A DNA stretch of 32,000 nucleotides from Halogeometricum borinquense DSM 11551 (GCF_000172995.2 NC_014736.1:30001-62000), one strand, 5' to 3'. Positions 9,846 through 19,211 are shown, counted from the first letter of the stretch. A program made the numbers and translations. The notes: generated from the sequence alone by a model not told the origin.

Positions 9846-11470
9846 GCTTCCAAGAAGCCGAAGGAAACGAGAGCGCCCCCGACGGGACGGCAACTGACGC
9901 CGTTGACGGGCAGACGCTCGCTGAACGAATGTTCATCGGAACACCGGCCGGAAACGACGCCTACATAGCGGCGATAGACCGTTGTCGTGATGCGGTACTC
10001 TCGGCAGTCGGCGAGGCGGACAGGCCGTACTCGGGATCGACGTACGCGGAACATCGGGAGCGGCTCACTCAGGACACGATTCCTGAGTCGGGTCGGAAGA
10101 TCGACGAAGTGATCGAAGATCTCGCCACAGACGTACTCGAAGAGTCGGTGTATCCGAGCGACGAAGCCTGTAGCGCGCATTTGCAGTGTCCGCCGATGGT
10201 GCCTTCACTAGCCGCCGAGGTGGTGTTGTCGGCACTGAACCAATCGATGGACTCGTTCGACCAAGCGCCCGCTGCGACGGTCCTCGAAGAGCAGGTGATC
10301 GATGACCTCACTTCGCTGTTCGGCCTTGGAGACGGCGCTGATGGCGTCTTCACGTCGGGAGGGACTCAGTCGAATCTCCAAGGGCTGCTACTCGCCCGCG
10401 AACACTATGTCGCCGAGGTATTCGACCGCTCAGTAAGAACGTCGGGTCTGCCGCCAACAGCAGAGAAAATGCGGATACTGACCTCCGAAGACGCACACTT
10501 TACCGTTGCGCAGGCGGCCGCCCAGCTTGGACTTGGTGAGGACGCCGTTGTGACGGTCCCTACAGGTGACGCCCACCAGATGGACCCCGACGAACTGGCC
10601 GACGAACTCGCCCGGCTGAAACAGGCAAACTGCCACCCATTCGCGCTCGTTGGGACGGCCGGAACAACCGACTTCGGAAGCGTAGACCCACTCAACGACC
10701 TCGCAGACCTCGCCGACGAACACGACCTCTGGTTCCACGTGGATGCGGCCCTGGGCGGAGCGCTCGCGCTGAGCGAGACTCACGCCGGAAAGCTCGATGG
10801 CATCGAGCGAGCGGACTCACTCACTGTCGATTTTCATAAGCTGCTGTACCAACCGATTTCCTGCGGCGTCTTTCTACTGTCCGACGGAGACAAGTTCGAG
10901 TTGATGGGGCGAAACGCCGCCTACCTCAACCCGAAAAGCGATCAGGTCTCGAATCTCGTCTCGAAATCGCTTCAGACGACACGTCGTTTCGACGCGCTGA
11001 AACCGTACGTCGCATTTCGGACACTCGGACGTGAGGGGATGGCGGCACTGGTCGATCGGACGGTCACTCTCGCGGATCGAGCCGCATCGCTCATTCGCTC
11101 AGATCCGGGTTTCGAACTGTCCTGTCCGCCGACGATCAACATCGTTACGTTCCGATACACGCCGGAACGCGACCACCCCGCGAGGTCGCCCGATGAGTGG
11201 GCTGATCGAATAAACCGTCGGGCCCGGGACCGACTGCTCGCGTCCGGATGCGGTGTCGTCGCCCGCACCGAAGTTGACGGGTGCGTCCACCTGAAGCTCA
11301 CGCTGATGAATCCGCGCACCACGGTCGCAGACATCCGCGAACTCCTGCTCACGCTGAAGGGGTACGCCGCTCAGGCAGAGACCAAAGCGATATCCAACCA
11401 TGGGATAGAATCCGACGACAGACTCGATTTCGCTCCAGTCTGCGGATCCGCTGACGAGGAGAGCCGATGA
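9842..11470 (+). CDS. PLP-dependent group II decarboxylase, L-2,4-diaminobutyrate decarboxylase-like
   Basis: 542 aa. PLP-lysine motif DFHKLL and SGGTQSNL. ATGA overlaps with both neighbouring genes. Confidence 0.8.
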   Translation: MSFQEAEGNESAPDGTATDAVDGQTLAERMFIGTPAGNDAYIAAIDRCRDAVLSAVGEADRPYSGSTYAEHRERLTQDTIPESGRKIDEVIEDLATDVLEESVYPSDEACSAHLQCPPMVPSLAAEVVLSALNQSMDSFDQAPAATVLEEQVIDDLTSLFGLGDGADGVFTSGGTQSNLQGLLLAREHYVAEVFDRSVRTSGLPPTAEKMRILTSEDAHFTVAQAAAQLGLGEDAVVTVPTGDAHQMDPDELADELARLKQANCHPFALVGTAGTTDFGSVDPLNDLADLADEHDLWFHVDAALGGALALSETHAGKLDGIERADSLTVDFHKLLYQPISCGVFLLSDGDKFELMGRNAAYLNPKSDQVSNLVSKSLQTTRRFDALKPYVAFRTLGREGMAALVDRTVTLADRAASLIRSDPGFELSCPPTINIVTFRYTPERDHPARSPDEWADRINRRARDRLLASGCGVVARTEVDGCVHLKLTLMNPRTTVADIRELLLTLKGYAAQAETKAISNHGIESDDRLDFAPVCGSADEESR

Positions 11471-13272
11471 CGGGAGTAAGTGCTAGCTGTGATACGGCGG
11501 CCGACCGTGCGGAATCGGCGACGTTGCACGCGTTCCTGAACTGCTACCTTCGGGAGACAGAGACGGGCGAGATTGTTGACCGACAGACGGTTCTCTCAGA
11601 ACGGGATACTGAAGGCGACGCAGTCTGCATCCCGTTCCCACAACAGGGAGTTGAAGTGGTCGTGCCACTGCGCTACGAATCACCAACGGGTCGGCACCTG
11701 TTTGACCTGCCCGCCTACGCGCGGGAAGATACGGACGCTGAACTCAAGCCGCTTGACGCAGGAACGCTCGCAGCGCTTGGTCGGCGAGAACTTGCTCTTA
11801 CGGCCGATGAAGCTGATCTGACTGCTGGGAGCGACTTACTCAGACGGGTGCTCGCGTCACGGCGCACCATCGAACAGTTCGTTCGTGAGAATGACGATAC
11901 GGTCCGTGCTGCGGACACCGAAACGACGTTCTGCGAGGCCGAACAGTCGCTCGTCTATGGCCATCACCTGCATCCGACCCCGAAGAGCCGGGAGGGGATT
12001 GCTGACCACGAGGCGCGTGCGTATGCACCCGAACTCGGCGGGGCGTTCCAGCTTCGGTACTTTGCTGCCGACCGAGACCTCGTCTCGCAGTGGTTCGCCG
12101 GCGATGTGAGCAGTACCGAATGGATCCGGACCGGACTTGACGAGGCAGAAGCCGACCTGCCCGACGTGGCCGAGCGCGTACTCGCCGACGGATACGAACT
12201 CGTTCCGACTCATCCGTGGCAGGCATCGTATCTCAGGTCACAGCCTCACGTCGAGCAGGCGCTCGACCAAGGATCGATCATCGACCTCGGTGCGTTCGGC
12301 CCGACGTTTTATCCAACTTCGTCGGTTCGCACGCTCTGGTCACCGGCCGCGCCATTTATGGTGAAGAGTTCACTCGCAGTGGAGATCACGAACTCAGAGC
12401 GCACGAGCAAAGTGTCGGAACTCAAACTCGGTGTGGCGGCAGCGGAACTGCTCGACACTGGCTTCGGTGACCGACTAGCCGAGCGCTTCCCACGATTCTC
12501 CGTCGTGAGGGATCCGGCGGCGCTGACTCTCGACCTCGGCGACGGTTCCGAATCAGGGTTCGAAACGGTTCTCAGAGAGAACACGTTCCGCGGCGAGAGT
12601 GCGCGAAACGTCACACCCATCGCGGCGCTCTGCCAGGACGGTATCGACGGTCCATCACGTCTCGCGCGCGTGGTAAGTGCGCTCGCCGAACGGACAGGGC
12701 GGCCGACGAGCAACGTCACGCGGGAGTGGTTCTGTAAGTACATGGCCGTCACACTCAGCCCTGTGGTGTGGACGTACTTCGAACTCGGAATTGGGCTTGA
12801 GGCCCACCAGCAGAATGTGCTCATTCGACTCGACAGCGACGGCTGGCCAGCCGAAGGGTTCTATCGGGACAACGAGGGCTTCTTCGTGCCCGAATCGCGT
12901 CGCAGCGATATCGACGCCTGGCTTCCCGGCGTCTGTGATCGTATCGAGACGGTCTGTCCCGACGAAACGGTGGATGATTGTGTGCGCTATTACGCCGTTC
13001 TCAACAACGCCTTCGGCGTGATCAACGCACTCGGTGTTGCCGGACTGGTTGACGAAACGGCACTCCTCGAAGACCTACGCGCAGAGCTTGACTACTTTGC
13101 CGAATACGAACCGCCCGCGTCAACTCTCGTCACCGACCTACTCGAAGAACCAACCGTCCCGTGCAAGGGCAACCTCCGCACACGGTTGGAGGGCCGCGAC
13201 GAACTAGCAGCATCACTCGAAGAAGAGTCTGTCTACGTCGATATCGAGAATCCGCTCGTCACGAGGCTGTGA
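11467..13272 (+). CDS. IucA/IucC-family NIS siderophore synthetase (601 aa)
   Basis: Motifs VPTHPWQASYL and GIGLEAHQQNVLIRL. Translationally coupled to the decarboxylase gene. Confidence 0.85.
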   Translation: MTGVSASCDTAADRAESATLHAFLNCYLRETETGEIVDRQTVLSERDTEGDAVCIPFPQQGVEVVVPLRYESPTGRHLFDLPAYAREDTDAELKPLDAGTLAALGRRELALTADEADLTAGSDLLRRVLASRRTIEQFVRENDDTVRAADTETTFCEAEQSLVYGHHLHPTPKSREGIADHEARAYAPELGGAFQLRYFAADRDLVSQWFAGDVSSTEWIRTGLDEAEADLPDVAERVLADGYELVPTHPWQASYLRSQPHVEQALDQGSIIDLGAFGPTFYPTSSVRTLWSPAAPFMVKSSLAVEITNSERTSKVSELKLGVAAAELLDTGFGDRLAERFPRFSVVRDPAALTLDLGDGSESGFETVLRENTFRGESARNVTPIAALCQDGIDGPSRLARVVSALAERTGRPTSNVTREWFCKYMAVTLSPVVWTYFELGIGLEAHQQNVLIRLDSDGWPAEGFYRDNEGFFVPESRRSDIDAWLPGVCDRIETVCPDETVDDCVRYYAVLNNAFGVINALGVAGLVDETALLEDLRAELDYFAEYEPPASTLVTDLLEEPTVPCKGNLRTRLEGRDELAASLEEESVYVDIENPLVTRL

Positions 13273-13279
13273 ACACAGC

Positions 13280-13298
13280 GGACGGAGAGCTGCCGTCC
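13280..13298. terminator. Hairpin GGACGG-AGAGCTG-CCGTCC between convergent genes, followed by TTTT (13312-13315)
   Basis: Read directly. Function as a terminator is only inferred from its position between convergent stops. Confidence 0.25.
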
Positions 13299-13314
13299 CG
13301 ATAAGGAGGGATTT

Positions 13315-13989
13315 TCAGCGCTCGCGATTCAATTCGGCAATGCGATCATTCGCACCGGAGATCTCCGCGAGCGACTCACCGTCGTAGAGACGCTCTATGA
13401 GTTCGGACTCTGCTCCGTCGTGTCTCGCGTAGCGTTCGATGGTCTGATCAATCTGCTCCCGTGAGACGAACACGACTCCGTCTTCGTTTCCGATTGCGAT
13501 GTCTCCTGGCCGGACCACCGCACCACCGACCTGCACCGGTACGTTGATATCTCCACCCAAGCTTTCGGTCAGGCGCTGGACCGTCCTGTTGGTCCGTGCG
13601 CGGGCAAAGACTGGAAATCCGATCTCGTTGATTGCTGCGGTATCGGTCACGGCACCGTCGATAACGACACCTCTCACTCCATTCGCGACGGCCGCGTGCG
13701 TGGTGATTTCGCCCCACGGTGCATTTGTCTCGTGTCCGCCCATCTCGATGACAATGACGTCTGTCGGCTGTGCCAGTTCAATCGCTTTGTGCACCATCGT
13801 CCCATCCACAGGGGGAATTCTCACGGTCAGCGCCGACCCGACTAGCTCTGCGTCCTGAGCCGTCCGCATGAACTCGATTTCCGGAGACGAGTGTCCGAAG
13901 TGTTTGTGATGGCCGAGTTCGTTCGGGTCCACGTGTTCGAGGGAGCGCAACTGTTCGTCGTCGGGCCGGTTGATCTCTCCGATTACCAT
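13315..13989 (-). CDS. RraA-family protein (HMG/CHA aldolase / oxaloacetate decarboxylase-like)
   Basis: 224 aa. RraA-fold pattern GGHETNAPWGEITTHAAVANGVRGVVIDGAVTD. Confidence 0.7.
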   Translation of the reverse strand: MVIGEINRPDDEQLRSLEHVDPNELGHHKHFGHSSPEIEFMRTAQDAELVGSALTVRIPPVDGTMVHKAIELAQPTDVIVIEMGGHETNAPWGEITTHAAVANGVRGVVIDGAVTDTAAINEIGFPVFARARTNRTVQRLTESLGGDINVPVQVGGAVVRPGDIAIGNEDGVVFVSREQIDQTIERYARHDGAESELIERLYDGESLAEISGANDRIAELNRER

Positions 13990-14082
13990 CGTGACACCGT
14001 CCGAGAGATGCGTCGCTGGTCGAGCGGGTTGCTTTCGCGCATGTGGTTTATTGGGATGCTAAAGTCCAATAAAGCCATCGAG

Positions 14083-14100
14083 TTTTAGGCCGTCCTAAAA
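14083..14100. promoter_or_regulatory. Palindromic operator copy 6: TTTTAGGC-CG-TCCTAAAA (one arm mismatch)
   Basis: Read directly, 94-111 bp upstream of the 13989 start. Confidence 0.65.
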
Positions 14101-14418
14101 TATTTCGACAGTTCGAACCGACCGAGCCTCGCGACGAACGGGAGGTGGTCTAGATTTCGTAGACGAGAGCTAGTTGGTAGCTTTCCATCCACTGGGGGGA
14201 CCCCAGGAGTATCGCATACTAGGAAAACGACCGAGTAGTCAGCCATCGGTTTGCGGATGAGGGGACAGCATGGACCCCACTAAATCCACTTTGATTTAGT
14301 GACCTATAACAAAGTGATTGGTGGGAGCTGAGAATAGGTCGAATTCGGGAGAAAGAGGTGCGAAATAGCCCGGGTTTGTATTCTATGAAGTATATAGAGC
14401 TATATCAAAAATTGGGGA

Positions 14419-14484
14419 GAATGAAGTTCACAGTTTCGGGGGATAGGCTATTTTCGCGTGTTTTCCGGGCGAATCGCGGCTCGA
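14419..14484 (+). repeat. Diverged, indel-bearing copy of the ~57-bp intergenic repeat (see 20721 and 28871)
   Basis: Shares GAATGAAGTT with the 28.87 kb copy. Shares GCGTGTTTTCCGGGCGAATCGCGG with GCCTGGTTTC-GGCCGAATCGG of the 20.72 kb copy. The middle part is poorly conserved. Confidence 0.45.
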
Positions 14485-14615
14485 ATGGGCCACGTTAGTG
14501 AGATCTCAGCTATACTTCTCGGATTAATCCCAGCAAGTGGGCGGAAATGCGTCAGAATTCGAGGTCTCGCAAAGCGTTACCACTCACGATAGGCGGCCTG
14601 AGTCGGCGTTAAGCG

Positions 14616-16214
14616 TTAATCCGGCGGAATCAGTGCTAAACAGACCAACTCGACACACTCGCCAGCTGTCAGAACCGGAGCGTAGTCTATCTCACCGCCG
14701 ACACCAGCTTTTAACAAGAAATCGGTAAGCCGACAGATATTGTGCAGTAGCACCGCAAACACAAAGTAGAACAGTCGCATTCGGTAATATTCGGTAATCC
14801 TTGGACGAGGTCTTCGCCAAGAAGTCGTTCTTGATGCTCTTGTACTCGTTCTCGATCTGCCAGCGACGACTGTACCGGCGGCAGAACGTGTCAGATTCCT
14901 TGGGGCTGACTGAGAGGTTCGTCGCAAAGACCGCTGTTCCATCTCCTTTCGTCGAGGGGACGTACAGAAACTGCATCGTGTGCGAGCCCTGCTCGACGTG
15001 GACAGAGGCCGATTCAACTGCGACTTCTTGCCCATCTTCATCCATCGTCTCTATGTTCTCGCGTTCGGCACTGTGAATCCGCTTCGGAATGAGGTAGTTC
15101 ACATCGAGGTTCGAGAGCGTCTGGTACACCGCTTTCGAGTCAAACTCTCGGTCGCACAGCACCATCTCAATCGGGACGTGCTCCTGTGCACGTCGAACGA
15201 GTCGTCGGACGACACGGTGAACCCGATTCGGTGGATTCTCGTCCCACGACGAACTCTCACGGACAGGTTCGACAGCGAGAATCAGCGGGATGTTCCACCC
15301 AACAATCGAGAGCGTAGCGAACTTGAATGCTCGACCTACGCCGTCCTTCGTCCCGCTAACCATCGGCATTCCCTCTACGTTCCCAAAGTAGCGAATGGTC
15401 GTGATGTCAATCGCGACGGTGACAGGACGACGAAACGAGGATTCCGATTGAAGCACTGAAAGCAACTGTCCTGTCGCTTGTTGAAATCCATCGAGTAGTC
15501 TCTCAGGATCAAATTGCTTGACGGCTCTGAGGTGGGTGTCTCCGTGGGGATCGTACTCTTTGCCTCGTCGGAACTTAAACCGGGCCGCCCCCTGTGGAGT
15601 ACCACAGCCAACCATCCCAATAAACGTCTGAAGCTCAAAGAATCGCGTGTCGTCATACGTCGTGTTCTGAGCTCTCTCAGAGTCGAACGGACCGAAGCCG
15701 TGCTCACGAGCGAGACGGGTTGTACGGTAGATTTCTTCGTCAGAAAATTCGGTAGTGTTCTCAGCCGAGTCAGTAGTCTCTTCTGATGACTGCTTGACTT
15801 CCTCCAGTGGCCGGACTTCGGGAACTGAGTGGTTCTCGTTGTGAATCTCCTTGACTACGCAGTGTGCACTGGCAGTAACATACCCACGAACATCGTCATC
15901 AAAGCGATTGCGCCACGTTCGAGAGATAACTGACTCGTTAGGAATTTGGTCGAGACCGAATACGTCGGCAAGTTCTGGATGGCGTGTGAGAGACCGATAG
16001 CTGTCTCCAGTGATTTCCAGATAAACAAAGAGCTTGAGCATCCCGTGGAATGGGTACGACGCGGGATGCCACTCTGGGTAGCCGTCTTCAAGCGTCTCGA
16101 CCTGGAGTTCGAGGTCGGTGAGCGCATCGCAGAAGGCTGTCCTTCACGGAGGTGTTTGCGAAGTTCGAGAGCAGCGACGAATGCATCAGTTAATCGGCGG
16201 CCACGCTGTTCCAT
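14616..16214 (-). mobile_element. IS4-superfamily insertion sequence (minimum extent = disrupted transposase gene; ends not defined)
   Basis: DDE transposase with the Y-x2-R-x3-E-x6-K signature (YSRRWQIENEYKSIK). I could not identify terminal inverted repeats. Confidence 0.7.
14616..16214 (-). pseudogene. IS4-superfamily DDE transposase with two frameshifts
   Basis: The coding sequence is split over three ORFs (15855..16214, 14692..16041, 14616..15041). The first and last are in the same frame. The frame changes near 16128-16146 and again at a 10-bp tandem duplication, ATTCGGTAAT x2, at 14779-14798. Confidence 0.75.
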
Positions 16215-16326
16215 CAGATAGTCTTATCATCAGATAGGCAACAACCGTGATGGCTCTTTTTGCTTGGTGACGATCCGCTACAAACAGGGAGCCAACTTAA
16301 CATAGCAACCGAACAAGACCTACATC

Positions 16327-16566
16327 ATGGACGAGAGATTCTACGACGCGTATCAGCGGATCTGGGAGCCACCGGGGACCGACGAAGTACGTGTCCAAAT
16401 GGGTCAGGAATCTGCATTCAAAACAAACCTCTACAACGCCATCCGAGATCTCGGTCTCGACAGAGACCACCACCGAATCACGAATAGAGGTCTATCCCAG
16501 AAATTTCACGAAGGGCTCATCGAGATAGCCGAAACGCAAGGGATAGACCTCCCGAAGACGAGTTGA
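16327..16566 (+). CDS. Hypothetical protein (79 aa)
   Basis: ORF with plausible composition only. No family recognised. Confidence 0.3.
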   Translation: MDERFYDAYQRIWEPPGTDEVRVQMGQESAFKTNLYNAIRDLGLDRDHHRITNRGLSQKFHEGLIEIAETQGIDLPKTS

Positions 16567-16610
16567 TCGTTCCCTTTCAGACTAAGAAGAACGAGATTTT
16601 CTCGAATTGG

Positions 16611-16889
16611 TTAGGGGCACCACCGGACACGTACATGCTTGTCTTTCCGATAATGATACGGAGCAAGCATTTCCCAGATGAAGTCGAGCTGGATATTGAA
16701 TCCCTTCTCTTCGAGCGAGTAGAGGTCCTGTCGCTTCTGGCGTTTCGTCCGGTAGCTGTAGACGTGGACGTCGGGGTACTCGACGACGCCATATCGGACG
16801 AAGTCCTGCCAGTCGATCCCGACAGGCATCCCCGTTATGCCCACAATCAATTCTCCAACTACCTTATCTACACATAGCGGATAGTTCAT
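16611..16889 (-). CDS. Hypothetical protein or gene fragment (92 aa)
   Basis: More protein-like than the overlapping plus-strand ORF. No family recognised. Lower-GC segment. Confidence 0.25.
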   Translation of the reverse strand: MNYPLCVDKVVGELIVGITGMPVGIDWQDFVRYGVVEYPDVHVYSYRTKRQKRQDLYSLEEKGFNIQLDFIWEMLAPYHYRKDKHVRVRWCP

Positions 16890-16998
16890 TGTTATTCAGG
16901 TGTTGAGCAAATGTCAGGAACTGAACTCTACGGGGATTCCTAATTAATTTGGCAGTAAGTAACGTAAATACATTCCCGGGGGAATGGGCTGATGCAGT

Positions 16999-17886
16999 AT
17001 GCAAGACCAATCCAGACGGCAGTTCCTGAAGAAAGCAAGCATCGCTACCGTCGGCGCAGCCACAGTCGGGTCCGTGATGACTGGTCCTGCGCTCGCGTAC
17101 AACAAGGACTTCCGGGATGAAGTCGGGAACCTCCTCTCCGAGGGGAAAGTCGAGAAGGCAAAAAAGAAGCTCAACGACGAAGGCATCGACTTCTCCGTGA
17201 CGGAGTACAATACCCTCTACAGTGGTGACGCCGAAGTCGTCAACGACGAGGGTGAGATCGTCGCGGACGACGAAGACGAGTTCAATCCCGAGGACTTCTC
17301 TGGGTCCGACAGCGGAAACAGTACCGCAGACGAGGGCAACGGGATTACGCCGGACACCTACAAGCCGCCGGGAGACGACTCCAACACCAACTGCGCCCTC
17401 CTGGTGTCGAATGTCGGTGGAGACGAGTACGACGTCTACTACAGCTGGTCGATGGACAAGCGGTCGTATGTCGACGACACGACCAACGAGTACAACGGCT
17501 GTGGTGCTGACGGGGCCGGAATTTTCTGGCCGACGGAGTACTTCAACACGCCGTCGACGGGCCGTGACAACTTCTACGACTACGACAGCGACCGGATCAG
17601 CTACGACCAGTGGGAGCCCCGTGGTGGGATCTCCGCGAAAGTCGACGACCCGAACCGGAACGTCGACGCACCTGACACCTACTCGGATGCGTTCTCCACG
17701 CACGTCATCGCCGCGAAGGATGGTGCAGACACGCAGAACTTCATCGGTCAGTACGAGCACACGTGGGTCGGTGCTCTTACGCCCTGTGTTGGCGTGAGCG
17801 TCAGCATCTCGCTGGGTCCGTTATCACTGAGTACGAGCGGGACGCCGTACACGTGGAAGATGCCGGCCTCGGAGACGCTGCCCTAA
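16999..17886 (+). CDS. Tat-secreted acidic hypothetical protein (295 aa)
   Basis: Twin-arginine signal MQDQSRRQFLKKASIATVGAATVGSVMTGPALA. The mature part is strongly D/E-rich. The antisense 298-aa ORF is a shadow. Confidence 0.7.
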   Translation: MQDQSRRQFLKKASIATVGAATVGSVMTGPALAYNKDFRDEVGNLLSEGKVEKAKKKLNDEGIDFSVTEYNTLYSGDAEVVNDEGEIVADDEDEFNPEDFSGSDSGNSTADEGNGITPDTYKPPGDDSNTNCALLVSNVGGDEYDVYYSWSMDKRSYVDDTTNEYNGCGADGAGIFWPTEYFNTPSTGRDNFYDYDSDRISYDQWEPRGGISAKVDDPNRNVDAPDTYSDAFSTHVIAAKDGADTQNFIGQYEHTWVGALTPCVGVSVSISLGPLSLSTSGTPYTWKMPASETLP

Positions 17887-17965
17887 GAGGTTTAAGACTG
17901 GCTGCTAGATTCTTATTCGCTACATTCCGCCCCGTCAGAGCTGTACGAGGTAATAAGCAACACAC

Positions 17966-18490
17966 ATGTCCCCGAAAGAAACTATCGCTGCCCTCGGTGT
18001 CTTCGGCATCGCAGCACTGCTCGTGACCGCAGGCGTCTTCGTCACCGCTCCAGGCGTCTTCGGCATGTTCACCGGGCCATCCGAACAGGCCCAAGCAGAC
18101 ACCTCGCTCACTGTCGTTGACGCCGGCTGCGAATCAACGCTCACTCAAGAATCGTCGTTCAAAACCAACCAGACTTTCGAGAAAACCGGTATCCTCTACA
18201 CGGACTCGGAAACGCGGAACCTCTCCACCAAGACAACGCACACCGACCGAGAGACCATGACCGCGTTCAACGTCACCGTGTCCGCAACTGACGCGAACAC
18301 CTCCACAAGCTCCGACTCCCCGTGCGGGAGCGACGAGCGATGGGGTGTCGTGTACAACCTCAGCGTCGATGTCCCTGACGTCGACAACGCCGCCGTTGCA
18401 GTCATCCACAACGGGAACGTGTCCGGCTGTGGCGTCTGGACTGGCGACCTCCCGTCGTACTGCGAGCCGAAGCCGTCTGCGGCCTACTAA
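17966..18490 (+). CDS. Membrane-anchored or secreted Cys-containing hypothetical protein (174 aa)
   Basis: N-terminal hydrophobic helix IAALGVFGIAALLVTAGVFVTAPGVFGMF followed by an acidic S/T-rich ectodomain. Confidence 0.6.
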   Translation: MSPKETIAALGVFGIAALLVTAGVFVTAPGVFGMFTGPSEQAQADTSLTVVDAGCESTLTQESSFKTNQTFEKTGILYTDSETRNLSTKTTHTDRETMTAFNVTVSATDANTSTSSDSPCGSDERWGVVYNLSVDVPDVDNAAVAVIHNGNVSGCGVWTGDLPSYCEPKPSAAY

Positions 18491-18642
18491 CTCAGTAACC
18501 CTCCTCAACATTTCTTTAACAGTAGTTGCTAGCGCGGTTTATTTATCCGGAGTTACCTCTGAAACTGACTTGGTTGAATGTAAGTTGGAATGCGTATCTA
18601 CTGAATGAGGGCTAACTCAATGTACCCTCCACGCGACAGCAT

Positions 18643-18843
18643 TTAATAGGGTTTGAGATATTGTCGGAATTCCGGTTTTGCGTCTTTTTTAATTTCCGCC
18701 TTTGTCTTTTCTTGTTCAGCGTTGTTGTAGTCGGGGACTACAGTTCGAAGCTGGTGGGCAGTTTTTACCTTCGTATCAAGGTCTCCTTCGCTTGCGCTAC
18801 CAGTCCCTATAACTGAGAGTGAAACGCCAGCGGCCGCAATCAC
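18643..18843 (-). CDS. Small Lys-rich secreted-type ORF; the Tat motif lies upstream of the only canonical start
   Basis: The open frame runs 18643..18939 and encodes NITRRKALSVIAAAGVSLSVIGTGSAS. The first ATG/GTG/TTG is the GTG at 18843, inside the hydrophobic region. The locus is AT-rich. Confidence 0.3.
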   Translation of the reverse strand: MIAAAGVSLSVIGTGSASEGDLDTKVKTAHQLRTVVPDYNNAEQEKTKAEIKKDAKPEFRQYLKPY

Positions 18844-19211
18844 GCTTAGAGCCTTGCGGCGTGTGATATTGGTAGATCTCTCCGTCGCTTTTTCCTCCGG
18901 TTTTGTGGTATGGATGCGATACCAAATAGCTCCGATAATTTACTAAAATTACATTATGTGACATGATTATTATAAAATCTTGGTGTAGCAATCATAGGAT
19001 GAGTTAGCTTTCAGTGGTTTTCCTCACTCAGGAAAGTCCAGCACCGTCGCCAGAACCAGCAATTATCAGGTGGAATATATTGGTCGGAGGTGGACAAATC
19101 ATGTGAGCAACTACCGATAGCCCCTCACTGTTCAGTCGGTGAACGGCCACTCAGTGGTTGAACGAACGGACAGCCGCTAACGATTTTACTCTGGAGGGAG
19201 ACTCAACCAAT

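Noticed and set aside
14192-14301. Two hairpins in the spacer before the IS: CTGGGG-GGA-CCCCAG (14192-14206) and CACTAAATC-CACTTT-GATTTAGTG (14278-14301)
   Set aside because: They are real inverted repeats, but they are isolated and nothing links them to a function. They could be remnants of mobile-element ends. They are not reported as features.
14500-16330. Search for terminal inverted repeats and target-site duplication of the IS
   Set aside because: Comparing both flanks by eye gave only short (6-9 nt) ambiguous matches, for example CGTGAGTGG against CGTGATGG. The element boundaries are therefore left undefined rather than guessed.
16864-17760. 298-aa ORF on the minus strand opposite the Tat-secreted protein gene
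   Set aside because: Its composition is V/R/G-rich, which is the mirror image of a GAC/GAG-rich acidic gene. The plus-strand ORF has a clear Tat signal and halophile composition, so the minus-strand ORF is a shadow ORF.
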